From Octopus sinensis (taxonomy: Eukaryota), in NCBI RefSeq assembly GCF_006345805.1, contig NC_043000.1, positions 38,068,001 to 38,132,000 of the forward strand: a stretch of 64,000 nt of DNA, in the 5' to 3' direction. The notes under the pieces were generated by a model. That model was not told where the DNA came from. It saw only the letters and a list, made by a program, of their open reading frames with translations, and made no database searches. A program made the translations under genes and the position numbers. Positions within the stretch are counted from its first letter, which is position 1; each line of letters begins with the position of its first letter. Shown piece after piece: positions 13,948-26,723 of the stretch.

Positions 13948-15480
13948 ACTTACAAATATTTAGGGATAAATGAAGGCTCTGGTATTCAGCATGCAAGCAT
14001 GAAAGAGAAAATCAGGAAGGAATGTTATAGGAGAGTTCGTGCAGTCCTGAAATCTGAACTAAATGCACGTAACAAGGTGTTAGCTATAAATTCCCTAGCA
14101 GTTCCAGTTGTTACTTATAGCTACAATGTGTTGAACTGGAATATGAGTGAAGTAAAGAATATAGATAGAAAAATACGCAAGCTGCTGAGTTGTAATAGGA
14201 TGCACCACCCAAAGGCAGACGTAGATCGCCTTTACCTTCCCAGAGCCCAAGGAGGTCGAGGCCTGATCCAATTTGAACTAGCTTACAAAACAACCACAAT
14301 TGGACTGGCCAAATATCTCGAAATATCGAATGACTGGATGCTAAAGCTCGTGGAAAATCACGAGAGACGAAAGAAGCTTCATTCTATCATCAAGGAAAGC
14401 AAAAAATTTGCTATTGATCTCGTGCAGGATACCCAAACTGAACAACCCGAGGGAAGTACGGCAACTATTGTTGCAAAGAAGGTGAAAATGATGGCAATGA
14501 AAAAAGCGCACGAGCAATTGGCTGATAGGTGGGAGGAGAAACCTCTGCACGGCAAATATGTGACCCGCAGCAAACAAGCTGATGTTGACCAGAAGCAAAC
14601 CCATCAGTGGCTGCGGAGCTCAGGGCTAAAAGCAGAGAGCGAAGGTTTCATCCTGGCTGCTCAAGACCAAAGCCTATCAACCCGGAACTACCAGGCCAAT
14701 GTGATGAAAAATGGAGCAGACCCAAAATGCCGATTCTGCAACGACATGATTGAAACAGTGGACCACCTAATCTCTGGATGTAAAGTCTTAGCACCAGTGG
14801 AGTATAAATTAAGACATGACAGAGTTGGCCAATATCTCCACTGGCTAATAAGTCGGCATTACAATATCAAAACTGCCGACAAGTGGTATAATCACCACCC
14901 TGAGGCTGTAACTGAAGGAGAAAATGTAACCATTCTGTGGGACTTTCCAGTACATACAGACCGAACCATCAAGGCCAATAAACCGGATATTGTTGTGAAA
15001 GACCAAAACAATAAAATTTGCTTATTGATCGACATGAGCATCCCCTGTGATCATAATATCTCAGCGAAAGAGTTTGACAAGCTCAGAAAATATAAAGACC
15101 TACTCATTGAAATTGAGAAAATGTGGCATCTCAAGGCGGTTACAATACCAGTGATCGTAGGAGCACTAGGAATGATCAAGAAGGGAACCGAAAATTATAT
15201 GAGAATGATCCCTGGCTTACCATCCCTGCAAGAAGTGCAAAAGATTGTCTTAACTGGTACATCACACGTATTGAGAAGAGCATTGTCGATGTGAGAACTG
15301 TTGCTGCTCATGTATTTTAATTTAACTTAAAAAAAAAAAAAAAAAAAATGAACGAACGAACTACTGAGTTTGGTTTAATGGCCTACCAATATACACTATG
15401 AGTTTCTTTGCCCTAGGAGTCGGGAAGACACTCGGCAAGAAATGGAAGAAAATTTGAAAGAATAAAAAAAAAAGTAATAA
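13948..15480 (+). mobile_element. 5'-truncated R4/Dong non-LTR retrotransposon (subfamily alpha) between (TAA)n tracts
   Basis: Starts abruptly after TAA at TYKYLGINEG; open to TGA 15294; 3' UTR ends in TAA repeats. Confidence 0.92.
13999..15294 (+). CDS. C-terminal half of the R4/Dong ORF: RT thumb, CCHC zinc knuckle and restriction-like endonuclease (fragment, not a full gene)
   Basis: LYLPRAQGGRGL; CRFCNDMIETVDHLISGC; RHDRV; KPDIVVKD..LIDMSIPCD..KEFDKLRKY (PD-(D/E)xK-type); VIPVIVGALG. Confidence 0.85.
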   Translation: MKEKIRKECYRRVRAVLKSELNARNKVLAINSLAVPVVTYSYNVLNWNMSEVKNIDRKIRKLLSCNRMHHPKADVDRLYLPRAQGGRGLIQFELAYKTTTIGLAKYLEISNDWMLKLVENHERRKKLHSIIKESKKFAIDLVQDTQTEQPEGSTATIVAKKVKMMAMKKAHEQLADRWEEKPLHGKYVTRSKQADVDQKQTHQWLRSSGLKAESEGFILAAQDQSLSTRNYQANVMKNGADPKCRFCNDMIETVDHLISGCKVLAPVEYKLRHDRVGQYLHWLISRHYNIKTADKWYNHHPEAVTEGENVTILWDFPVHTDRTIKANKPDIVVKDQNNKICLLIDMSIPCDHNISAKEFDKLRKYKDLLIEIEKMWHLKAVTIPVIVGALGMIKKGTENYMRMIPGLPSLQEVQKIVLTGTSHVLRRALSM

Positions 15481-15699
15481 TAATAATAATACTGATGCTG
15501 CTACCACCGCTGCCGCTACTACTGCTGGCACTACCAGTGCTGTTGCTGCTGTTGCTGCTACGACTGCTGCTGCTGTTGCTGCTGCCATTACTATTGCAAC
15601 TACCACTGCCGCTGCTGCTGCTGACAATGATATTGCTGCTGCTAATAATGATAAATGAGGCCTCTGTATGAAGATTAGTGGTAATTTTTTTTTCTTTAA

Positions 15700-18600
15700 A
15701 TGAAAATTTAATAATAATTTAACTTTACTTGAAAAGAAAATTTCTAACAGTACACCGAATCGCTTGTCCAATGGAAGCGCGCCCGTCAGGAGGCTGCCAG
15801 CCTGATGGCGAAAACTTTTCAAATGGCAGAATATCGTCCTCGAATACGAACCTGGAAGGTCACTTAAACGGGATTTTTACCAAATTAAGCCCCCAAAGTT
15901 CACCACCACAACGACCAGAAAATCAAAAAAGTAAATGAACTAAATGGAACCGGGAAGAATATAAAGAAATGATATATGCTTATTACTTTGCATTAAATAG
16001 GTCAACCCAAGAGAAACACACCGCAAACTCCTACAAATTTGGAGGAGCCGGAATCCACCTAGCAGACCAAACCTGGATGAAAACAGATTAGCAAATGTTA
16101 TAAGAGATATCTTCAGAAATACCAGACTCACAGATGCAGAATTAACCTCTATAAAAAAAGTGGTAGAGAATGACCTAAATGTAAGTCAGGAAAGAAATAA
16201 CGAAGCTGAACGGAGAAATGTTGGGCCACAAGCATTGACTGAAAAGCGACCATCTGCCGAAACGACTCAAGATCCTGAAGAAAAAGGAAAATATAATGAC
16301 CCTAGAAAAAACAGCCCGGAAAATGATGTCGAAACAGAATTTGAAGACCACATGTTTGTTGAACAACACAGAAAATCTATCATTGAAATGAAGCAAGAAG
16401 TTCTGAATGAGCTTGTAGTTGTAGGCCATACAACTATGAATGATAGGGAACCACTCCATAAACTCTCAAATGCACACCAACATAAAACACAAATAAAAAT
16501 TGGCAACTGCGTTACACAAGATATCATACACCAACTAAAACCCGATCCTAATAAATTAAATGAAATTATTTACTCTGTCGCTAAGGTAATCGAAAGACGC
16601 TGTTTAACACCCAAAAAGCCAACAATACCAAATTCGAAAAGAAAATCAAACTGGAGGAGTAGGATTGAAACTGAAATTGAATCATTGCGAAGGGAGATAT
16701 CAATATTAACTGAGCTAATCTCTGGAAATGATTTAAGATCAAGAAAAGGCAGGAAGATTGTGAGAAAATATGGACACTTAACAAGAGAACTAATGTCAGC
16801 GAAAGAAACACTTAAACAAAAAGTTCAAGCAAAAGCTCAGGGAATACGCAGATTTGAGAAAAGAATCAAATTCTACAAACAAAATAAGATGTTCAAATCC
16901 AATGCCAAATCATTTTACAGGAAAATAGGGAAAGAAAAAATAACAATTGAAAATCCACCCCTAATGGAAGAAGTTGAAAACTTTTGGAAAGAGATCTGGA
17001 GTGATGAGAAATCATACAATGAAAATGCAGAGTGGATCAAACGCACCCAAGATGATTACAGAAATCTACAAGAACAGGTATAGGAAGACATCTCAATCGC
17101 CGACCTAAGGAGGGCACTAACGAAGGCTCATAAAGGAAAATCCCCTGGTATTGATAGATTACCAAATTTCTGGCTCTCATCATTCCCGTCCGCACACAAA
17201 ATGTTAGTAATATTATTTAATAGTATTATGAAAGACCCGAGAAAAAATTGGGTGGCAAATGGTATTATTTACCTCCTCCCCCAAAATAACAAAACGAAAG
17301 AACCAAAAAACTACCGGCCTATAACATGTTTATCTACTACCTTTGAGATTTTGACATCTATTCTCGTAGAGAAAACATATACGTTTATGGAAGAGAATAA
17401 CCTCTTTCCCACTGAACAAAAAGGATGCAGACGAGGCTGATGCGGATGCAAAGATCAGCTCCTAATTAATCGCATGATCCTTGAGAACTGCCATAACAAG
17501 CGCAGAAATCTCACCTCTTCATGGATTGATTATAAAAAAGCCTTTGACAGCATACCGCATTCGTGGATTCTGAAATCGCTGGACATTTTCAAAATTTCTC
17601 CTGTAATTTCAGATTTTTTAAAGTGTCATATGTCACTATGGAACACGAAGCTCCAATTATATCATTCTAATGGAGTATTGCACTCAAACAACATTAGCAT
17701 AAACTGTGGAATTTTCCAAGGTGACTCACTTTCACCAATAATTTTCTGCATAGCACTAATACTACTCTCAAGCGAACTGAATAGAACAGGATATGGCTAC
17801 AAAATTGACAACAGGAAAATAAGCCATCTATTTTATATGGATGACTTAAAGCTATATGGCAAAAATGATGAAGAGCTTGAAGGATTATTACATACCGTGA
17901 AAGGATTCAGTGATGATATTGGGATGGAGTTTGGCCTTGAAAAGTGTGCCAAAGCCACTTATAAGAAAGGGAAATTGGTAAAGCCTAGTTCAATCGAATT
18001 AGATGTCGAAACAGTAATAAAGGAACTTGAGCAGGAACAAGCCTATAAATACCTAGGAATAAATGAAGGCTCTGGTAGCCAGCATGCAAGCATGACAGAG
18101 AAGGTTAGGAAGGAATGTTATAGAAGAGTTTGAGCAGTCCTGAAGTCTGAGCTGAATGCATATAATAAGGTGTTAGCCATAAATTTCTCAGCAGTACCAG
18201 TTGTTCTTTTTAGCTTCATGTGCTTAACTGGAATACCGGTGAAATAATGAAAATTGACAGAAAAATCCGCAAGCTACTGACTTGTAATAAGATGCACCAT
18301 CCAAAGGCAGACGTGGATCGCCTTTACCTTCCCAGAGCTCAGGGAGGTCGAGGTTTGATCCAGCTTGAACTTACATACAAAACCACCACAATCGGACTGG
18401 CCAAATACCTTGAAGAAACCAACGATTGGATGCTAAAACTTCTTGAAAAACATGAAAGACTGAAAAGACTTCACTCTATTCTCAAAGAGAACAAAAAATT
18501 CGCTGCCGATCTCTTAGATACCCACCAGATTGATCAGGCTGAAGGAAATGCGCCAACTGCAGCTGCAAAGAAAATAAAATGAATTGCAAAGACAAAAGCG

Positions 18601-19536
18601 CATGAAAATTTAGCTAGCAGATGGGAACAGAAACCTATCCACGGCAAGTATGTGGCCCGTAGCAAACAAGCTGATGTCGACCAGAAATACACGCACCAAT
18701 GGTTACGGAGCTCAGGGCTAAAAGCAGAGAGTGAAGGTTTCATATTAGCTGCTTAAGACCAAAGCTTATTAACCCGGAATTACCAAGCCAATGTGATAAA
18801 AATGGAGCTGACCCAAAATGCCGAATCTGTAACGATGAGATTGAAACAATAGACCACCTAATCTCAGGGTGTAGAGTCTTAGCACCTGCAGAATATAAAG
18901 CAAGTATGACAGAGTCGGCCAGTATTTACATTGGACAATATGTCGGTATTATAAAATCAAAACCGCTGACAAATGGTATAAACACCATCCTGAAGCGGTG
19001 ACAGAGGGAGAAAATGTGTCGATTCCATGGGACTTCCTCGTGCATACCGGCAAGACTATAAAAGCTGATAAACCGATATTATTATAAAAGATCAGACAAA
19101 AAGGATGTGTTTATTAATTGACATGAGTATTCCTTGCGATCACAATAAAGCGGCGAAAGAATTTGACAAGGTTAGTAAATATAAAGACCTACTCATAGAA
19201 ATTGAAAAAATGTGGCATCACAAGGCGACTACAGTACCAGTTGTTGTAGGATCTCTAGGAAACCTTTTTGAAAATCATTGCAGGCTTACCATCCCTATAG
19301 GAAGTGGAAAAATCGTATTAACTGGAACGGCTCATGTACTGAGAAGAGCATTATCGCTGTGAAAACAACATCCATCCATGAATTTATTTATTTAGTAATT
19401 TTTAAATACATATTTTACCTGTGAATTTGCGTGTGTAATCTGAGAATGCATACAATGAGCTTCTCTGCCCCAGGTGTATAGAAAACACCCGGCGAGAAAC
19501 GAAAGAAAATTTGAAGAAAGAAAGAAAGAAAAAACA
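15700..19536 (+). mobile_element. Near-full-length R4/Dong retrotransposon (subfamily beta), inactivated
   Basis: N-terminal KWNREEYKEMIYAYY..ENRLANVIRDI; RT motifs NYRPITCL, WIDYKKAFDS, GIFQGDSLSP, HLFYMDDLKLY; CCHC/RLE remnants; ends in (TAA)n. Confidence 0.93.
15771..19362 (+). pseudogene. Disrupted single RT-RLE ORF of the Dong element
   Basis: ORF-track pieces 16160-17083, 17201-17440, 17474-18133, 18220-18582 and 19105-19362 are collinear but broken by stops and frameshifts. Confidence 0.9.
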
Positions 19537-19595
19537 TAATAGTAATAATAATAATAATAATAATAATAGTAATAATAATAATAATAATAATAATG

Positions 19596-19635
<40 letters not shown>

Positions 19636-19863
19636 ATATTCAGACAAATACATAACACCAGGACTAACAAATATATATATATAACATACAGAATAGTACT
19701 ACTAGGCACCGCACACATCCTTTCTAAAACACTTTCAATGCAGTAAATATGAGAGTATCAAAACAAAACCACAGCATATACCCAAGGTACACAGAGCTGC
19801 GCTCGGTAGCGTAGTGGAAGTACGTTATAAAAATAAGACTACTGAATAATAATGATAATAATG

Positions 19864-19928
<65 letters not shown>

Positions 19929-19929
19929 C

Positions 19930-19981
<52 letters not shown>

Positions 19982-21048
19982 GCGGGGGACCATTCATACG
20001 TGCAATGATATTAGGAGTTTTTGTGTTGGTATGATTTCACCAATCATATCTTATTACATAATCGTATTGTCATGTAAATATTTACCATTCTGCTTGTTTC
20101 CATTTGTTCCATGTTTATGGTGTTTCTCCATTTCTTTGTCATGGCTGTCTCACTTACTCTGTATTAGAAGTCACATGTCAAACACAAGTTATTTTAGAAA
20201 CATTTTGATCAGAAACTGGATAATAAGAATTGTGTTAGACACAGACAGTAATGTAGTTTATATTCCGACAGTTCTTCTCTCTCTCTCCACTGCAGTCTCC
20301 TGGCTGCATTCACAAGCCAGTGGTCAGCAGAAGCGAGTTCTTGTTGGACTCCATTGTTAGTTTGTCTATTTATATGATGTCAGCGTCTCTACTCACCACA
20401 CACACACACACACACTCTCTCTCTCTCTCTCTCTCTTTCTGTTACTCTCTCTTTCTCTTATCACCCCTCTATCTCTCTCTCTCTCTCACACACACAAACA
20501 CAAACACATACGCACTCTCACTCATACACGCTATCATTCACACGTTCGCACATGCGCACATACACACATTCACACACTTTCGTTTTCATTTCACTTTGAT
20601 CAATCTGTTTCTGTTTAATAAACTCAGACATGTGTGCGTGCGCGTGCAGACATACACACACACAGACGGACAGATAGATAAGGACAGAGAGAGAGAGAGA
20701 GGGGGGGAGAGAGAAGCATGTACATATATACGTATATATGTATATGATGTACGTAATGCACCTAAAGCATATATGTAATACATGTACATATATATATAAA
20801 TTTACTTATGAATATATATAAATATATATCAAATGTTTATATTATATATATATATTATATATATATATATATATTATATTATATTATATATATATTATAT
20901 AAATACAATAAGGTATTAAAATATGTTAAAATGTTAAAAATATACTTCATATTTTACAATATAGGTGGCTCATTAACAATTAAAACCTAAAGGCAAGTTA
21001 AAATATAAAAAATGTACAAAATAGTACCCGCAATTGCTAGTGGCTATA

Positions 21049-21095
<47 letters not shown>

Positions 21096-21399
21096 TGAGA
21101 ATTTACAAACAAAAAGCAAAAGACAAAGACGGGTGTGTAAACAACAAACATGTGTATTAGTTTAACTTTTGGCAAGCGAGAAAGTATTTTATGTTTCGAG
21201 CCTACGCTCTTCAACAGAAAGGAACACTGAAAGAAACAGGGAGAGAAACTAGAAAAGAGTTTAGCGGCTAGCGATCGATCATGGCGAATATATATATATA
21301 CATATATATATATATACAAATTGAGATAGGGGTTGTAAATGCAACCCTCCATGGGATAACATATATCCAATATACTGCTAGTATATTTTATATATATAT

Positions 21400-21955
21400 A
21401 TATGAGAGGTATGGGAATCCAGAAGATACAAGATGGCAGGTAAGGCTATGTAAGTGTTACGGGAGGACCGTAGTTAGACACTCGGTTCGATAATAATACA
21501 ACTGGAGTCTAATGCAGGTCTTGCGTAAGCATGTATATGTTAGATAAAATAAGACAACAAAACCAAGGCTGTGTGGAATTTATAGGACATTTATAAAGAG
21601 AAAGGCAGTCTTACAGCTGTTTCTGAAATATTAGGGATATCCCTTCGTCAGAGACGATATGAGTGAGTTAACTAGAGGGAAATAATAGAGTTCAATATGA
21701 AGAGTTATTTTTGAAAAGGATGGATGTAGGAAGTATAAAGGGAAATAAGAGATGAAAATAAAAGTATAAGTATATGGATGATGTTATAGTTGTAGTTCCA
21801 TTATCCAAGGAAAGTTCTGTGTAGAATGAGTAGAAATATCGTCTCTGATGAAGCGATATTCCTAATATGCCAGAAACAGCTGTAAGGCTATCTTTCCCTT
21901 TATAAATGTCCTCTAAATTCTACACAGCCTTGGTTTTCTTGTCTCATTTTATTTC
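21400..21955. mobile_element. Penelope-like fold-back element (family E) with hammerhead motifs in both arms
   Basis: Arms ~21545-21660 and ~21837-21953 inverted; minus GUCU-CUGACGA..GAAA-CAGCUG-UA-AGAC (~21607-21655); plus gtct-ctgatga..gaaa-cagctg-ta-aggc (21841-21888); relatives at ~51780-52080 and ~61800-61930. Confidence 0.7.
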
Positions 21956-22776
21956 ACACACACACAAACACACGCACGCACGCACACACATATAATATGA
22001 AGGGTTTAGTTCACTTGTGATCTAAACAGATAGATACTCTCAATATGTTGGTTGTCCGGGATCCGTATTAGGGTTCCGTTATAGCAGGTATATATTATAT
22101 TAGAGGAAAATCAAAACCAAGTCAGAACGAGTATCTCAAGTCATTTAGAATAATTTAATTAGGGAAAGTTGAATTTGAAGTCTTACTGCTATTTCTAGGA
22201 TAACACAAGTGGTAGGTTAACTTTCCATGTATCGGTTATTCCGTCATCAGAGCCAAGGTATGAGTATATTATTCAGGGAAAATTTGCAGTTTACACGGAA
22301 TAAAATATATTCACAGTTTATAAGGAATAAAATAGAAGAAATGTTGAACACAGGCGGGAGAATGATGTTCACAACTCAACTTTTTCCAGAGGATATGAAT
22401 GTTGGTACAAGTCCTGAGTTAAAATTCCAGGTAAATCCAGGTGATATTTTGCAGTATTTTTTGGCAGTATCACATGGTTGTGATACTCCCCCACAACTCC
22501 TACTCGTGATCAGAGATGCACATATCATCAGCCTCTTAAAGGCATACTCAACTGGATAAGGTCAAGCAACCAACAAGCAAATCTGAAGTATTTAGCAGAA
22601 TATTTATTGCAGTCAATCATTTACACCATGACAAGTCATGTACAAGATAACACTTTCACTCAGTTAAGATCAGAAGCCATGAGGAATAATTATCATTACT
22701 TTTGACGGTGGAACTAGATGTATAGACAATATAAATAATAGCGCCATTATTCCATTCAGTATTATTTTAGTTCGAA

Positions 22777-23340
22777 GGCGGCGAGCTGGCAGAAACGTTA
22801 GCACGCCGGCGAAATGCTTAGCAGTATTTCGTCTGTCTTTATGTTCTGAGCTCAAATTCCGCCGAGGTCGACTTTGCCTCTCATCCTTTCGAGGTCGATT
22901 AAATAAGTACCAGTTGCGCACTGGGGTCGATATAATCAACTTAATCCGTTTGTCTGTCCTTGTTTGTCCTCTCTGTGTTTAGCCCCTTGTGGGTAGTTAA
23001 GAAATAGGTCTGTCGTTATATTCCGAGTTCAAATTCTGCCGAGGTTGACTTTGCCTTTCATCCTTTCGGGGTCGATTAAATAAGTACCAGTTGCGCACTG
23101 GGGTCGATATAATCGACTTAATCCGTTTGTCTGTCCTTGTTTGTCCTCTCTGTGTTTAGCCCCTTGTGGGTAGTTAAGAAATAGGTCTGTCGTTATATTC
23201 CGAGTTCAAATTCCGCCGAGGTCGACTTTGCCTTTCATCATTTCCGGGTTGATAAATTAAGTACCAGTTGCGTACTGGGTCGATATAATCGACTGGCCCC
23301 CTCCCCCCAAATTTCAGGCCTTGTGCCTAGAGTAGAAAAG
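22777..23340 (+). mobile_element. Family A SINE multimer (head plus 177-bp units, last unit with a different tail)
   Basis: B-box-like motif at 22848, 23025, 23202; ends ccccaaatttcaggccttgtgcc. Confidence 0.85.
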
Positions 23341-23379
23341 AATACTTTGTCATTGTTATTAATACTTCACGTAAAGAGG

Positions 23380-23580
23380 TGAGCGGGCAGAATCGTTAGC
23401 ACGCCGGGCGAAATGCTTAGCGATATTTTGCCCGTCGCTACGTTCTGAGTTCAAATTCTGCCGAGGTCAACTTTACATTTCACTCAATCGTGGTCGATAA
23501 AATAAGTACCAGTTGAACACTGAAATCGATGTAATCCACTCATCCCCCACCTACCCCCAAGCAGCCCTTGTGGCAAAAAT
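23380..23580 (+). mobile_element. Family A SINE monomer (similar copies ~26228-26380, 33150-33310, 54680-54870, 54900-55080)
   Basis: ggtgagcgggcagaatcgttagc..gagttcaaattc..gtcgataaaataagtaccag. Confidence 0.7.
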
Positions 23581-23669
23581 TTGAAATAGTTATTAATACT
23601 TCACGCAGTTAAGCAGTAAATCATTGCATAACTCTAAGATATATATTAGGGAGGAGGGGGAAAAAAACT

Positions 23670-23995
23670 AAAACTGGGAATCCGTCGTTTACGACGACGT
23701 GTGTTCAAGTTGATCCGATCGAGAGAAATGCCTCCTGATGAAATTAACCTGCAAGTAGCTGAACATTTCATAGCAAACGTACCCTTAACGTAGTTCTTCG
23801 GGAGATTCAGCATGACACAGATTGTGACAAGTTTGGCCCTTTGAAACACAAGTACTACTCATTTTGCCAGCTAAATGGGCTTGAGCAACGTGAAATAATG
23901 TGACTTGCCCACGCACAAAACGCGCCACCAGGAATCGTACTCAATACCTTACAATCGTGAACCGAATATTCCTAAGCAATAAGTCACGTGCCTTC
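23670..23995 (-). mobile_element. tRNA-derived SINE (family C) with a CORE-like segment
   Basis: Minus strand: A/B-box-like head, tgggcaagtcac, body shared with 4690-4885. Confidence 0.6.
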
Positions 23996-24269
23996 ACTCT
24001 GGAGAAGTAGAATGGAAGAACTAATTATGAAATGCAGTCCTGGCTCTGATTTGAGTCGGAAAAGAACGCCTGCCGCATCTCGTTGCCTCTTCTCTACTAC
24101 GCAGAGCCTTTGCACTTAGTTAAACAGAACGCATAACTGGATGAGAAACAGAAGTCAGCAGAATGGCGAGTCGAAGGCGATCTCTCGTTGAATAAATGTA
24201 AAAGTCTGCCGCTCTGTTTCGAATTCGTAATAGACAGCCCAAAAGTTGAGGGTGATTTTGATATACCTG

Positions 24270-24727
24270 TTATCTTTTACTTGCTTCAGTCATTGGATTG
24301 CAGCCATGCTGAAGCACTGCGCTGAAGAACTTTTGTCGAATGAATCGATCCAAGTGCTTCATTTATTTATATTTTCTTATTGTAAGCCTGGTGCCTATTC
24401 TATCGATCTCCTTTTGCCGAATCGACAGGTTACGGGAACATAAACACATCGATACTGATTGTCAATCAGTAGTGGAAGACAAACACAGATATAAAGACAC
24501 ACATAGATATACGCACATACATATATACATGCATACATACATACATACATACGTACACACACACACACGCGCGCGCGCGCGCGCACATATATATACGACA
24601 GGCTTCTTGTACTTTTCATCTAGCAAATCCATTGACAAGAATTTGGCCGGCCCAAGACTATAGCGGAAGACGCTTGTCCAAGGTGACACACAGTAGGAGC
24701 GAACCCGGAGCCACGCTTGCGCCTCCG
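24270..24727 (-). mobile_element. Family B SINE (CORE-like, internal microsatellite)
   Basis: Reverse complement resembles the 33490-33925 copy; diverged. Confidence 0.65.
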
Positions 24728-26641
24728 AGGTATGTTTTAGCATTGCAAGTTTGATGCCAGGAGCGAGTGTTGCTGTAAAGAGAATAGGAATGAATGAATA
24801 AATGAAAATAAAAAAATCAAATAAAATAGAACAAAAGTAAAACAACAAATATATAAGAATGATTAGAGTAAAAAAACAAAACAAATGATTATCCGGACGA
24901 ACAATGATTGAGATCATTTATGAATGGGTTTGATTTTCTCGTCTTTTATTTTCGAAAGCTTTTCAATTCACCTCACCCTCAACCATCCAATCGGAGATGG
25001 ATGCTACAGCAGCAGCTGCCAGTATTTTCCCTACTTAGTCTATTTATTTGATTTTAGCCAGTCACTTGGTGAGGTGAAGGAAGTTCAGTAGGGATAGGGG
25101 TGGGTGGGTGGTGGGGGTACGGCACTGAAAGATTGTATCTTAATGACTTTTGATCCAATGTTCTTAAAAGAAAATTAAATTTGTCTTGAAAAAGAAAAAA
25201 ATTAAAAGAAATAAAATTTATTAAGCATTAAAAACAAAACAGTAAAAAACAACAGTTTACTATGTATTTTTCAAAAATTCTAGATGTCAATAAATCTTTG
25301 AAAAGAAGAAGAAGAAGAAGAAGAAGAAGAAGAAGAAGAAGAAGAAGAAGAAGAAGAAGAAGAAGAAGAAGAAGAAGAAAAAGAAGAAGAAGAAGAAGAA
25401 GAAGAAGAAGAAGGGTATCATCTCTGGTGTTGTTGATGAAAAAGTATTTATCGAAGTTAACTTTAAATATTTATATATTTCTTTAAAATATTTAGTGATG
25501 TTAATTTTGATAATGTGTCTATTTTCATAAACATCTATTTAATGAAATCTGCAATTTATCTCTCTGCTAATGAATTCCTCGAAAAACCTACCGACTGCAG
25601 TCTTTGGCAGTTTGCCTCCAGTGATTGAAGATGTATGCGTTTTAAGACAATTGCCTTGAAAGCTTTTCAAAATGAAAACAGAGAAGTTAATTTAAAAGAT
25701 TTGTCACGGGACCCTTCGATACTAGACACCGAGCCAGCTAAAAGCTTCGAGGGCCGACATCGAGCTATCTGTCCTGATGTGTCCTGAGAAAGTGTTAGCG
25801 TCCATAGAATAAATGGATTTTCCATATCTGTTCTGACACGAGCAGTCAGGACTAGAAACTAAGGGGTTATAATATATGAGCCGTTTGATTAAATAATATA
25901 TCGTTCGATCAGCACCACTATGGTTTGAAGGAAATACTTTTATCTCAATTCTCTATATTCTTCCTCAAGAGATTTTATGAAAGAATATTATTAAAGTTTC
26001 TCCAGTGATCGTTAAGTGAACAGAAAAGACTAAGAATCCTCTCAGTCTCTCGGGATGCCTAACATGAAGTGTTTGCTTAGATTCTGTTAAATTATTAAAA
26101 TTAATGACTACAAAAAATATATTTATAATAAAGAAACCATTTATCACTGCGAATCGAAACTGGATGAGAGACTAAATTCATTGCAAACGTATCACCTGGT
26201 CACAGTATATTCATATTTACTCTACGGAAGGCGGCGAGTTGGCAGACTTGATAGCACGTCGGGTAAAATGCATAGCGGCTTTTTGTTCGTCTTTAAATTC
26301 TTAGTTGAAATTCCCCCTGGGACAACTTTGCCTTTCATCCTTTCGGGGTCGACAAAAATAGGTAGTCGTGGAGTACTGGAGTCCTCGAAACTGATGGTTC
26401 GTTGCCAACTTAATGTGGCAGTCCCAGGAGAGGAAAGAATGTCACTGCTATTTAGCCACAAGGAACACCGTTTCTAGTTGGCTATGTGACACAAGCGTTC
26501 TGTGTCCATAAGTTTTCAAACAAGGGAGATAAGCACCTCCACCCAACGAAACCAGCATTCAGAGACTTGTTGCAGGGTTTTTGCTCTTCATCAGTCTGGA
26601 GTAGCTTGGCCTTGCTAGCTGTCGGTGAGAGCTTGTTAGCT

Positions 26642-26723
<82 letters not shown>

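Noticed and set aside
15725-15825. HDV-like ribozyme at the Dong 5' end (ccgtcagg/cctgatgg stem followed by cgaa)
   Set aside because: Could not place P1, P3/L3 or the P1.1 GG in the required order; overlaps the ORF start
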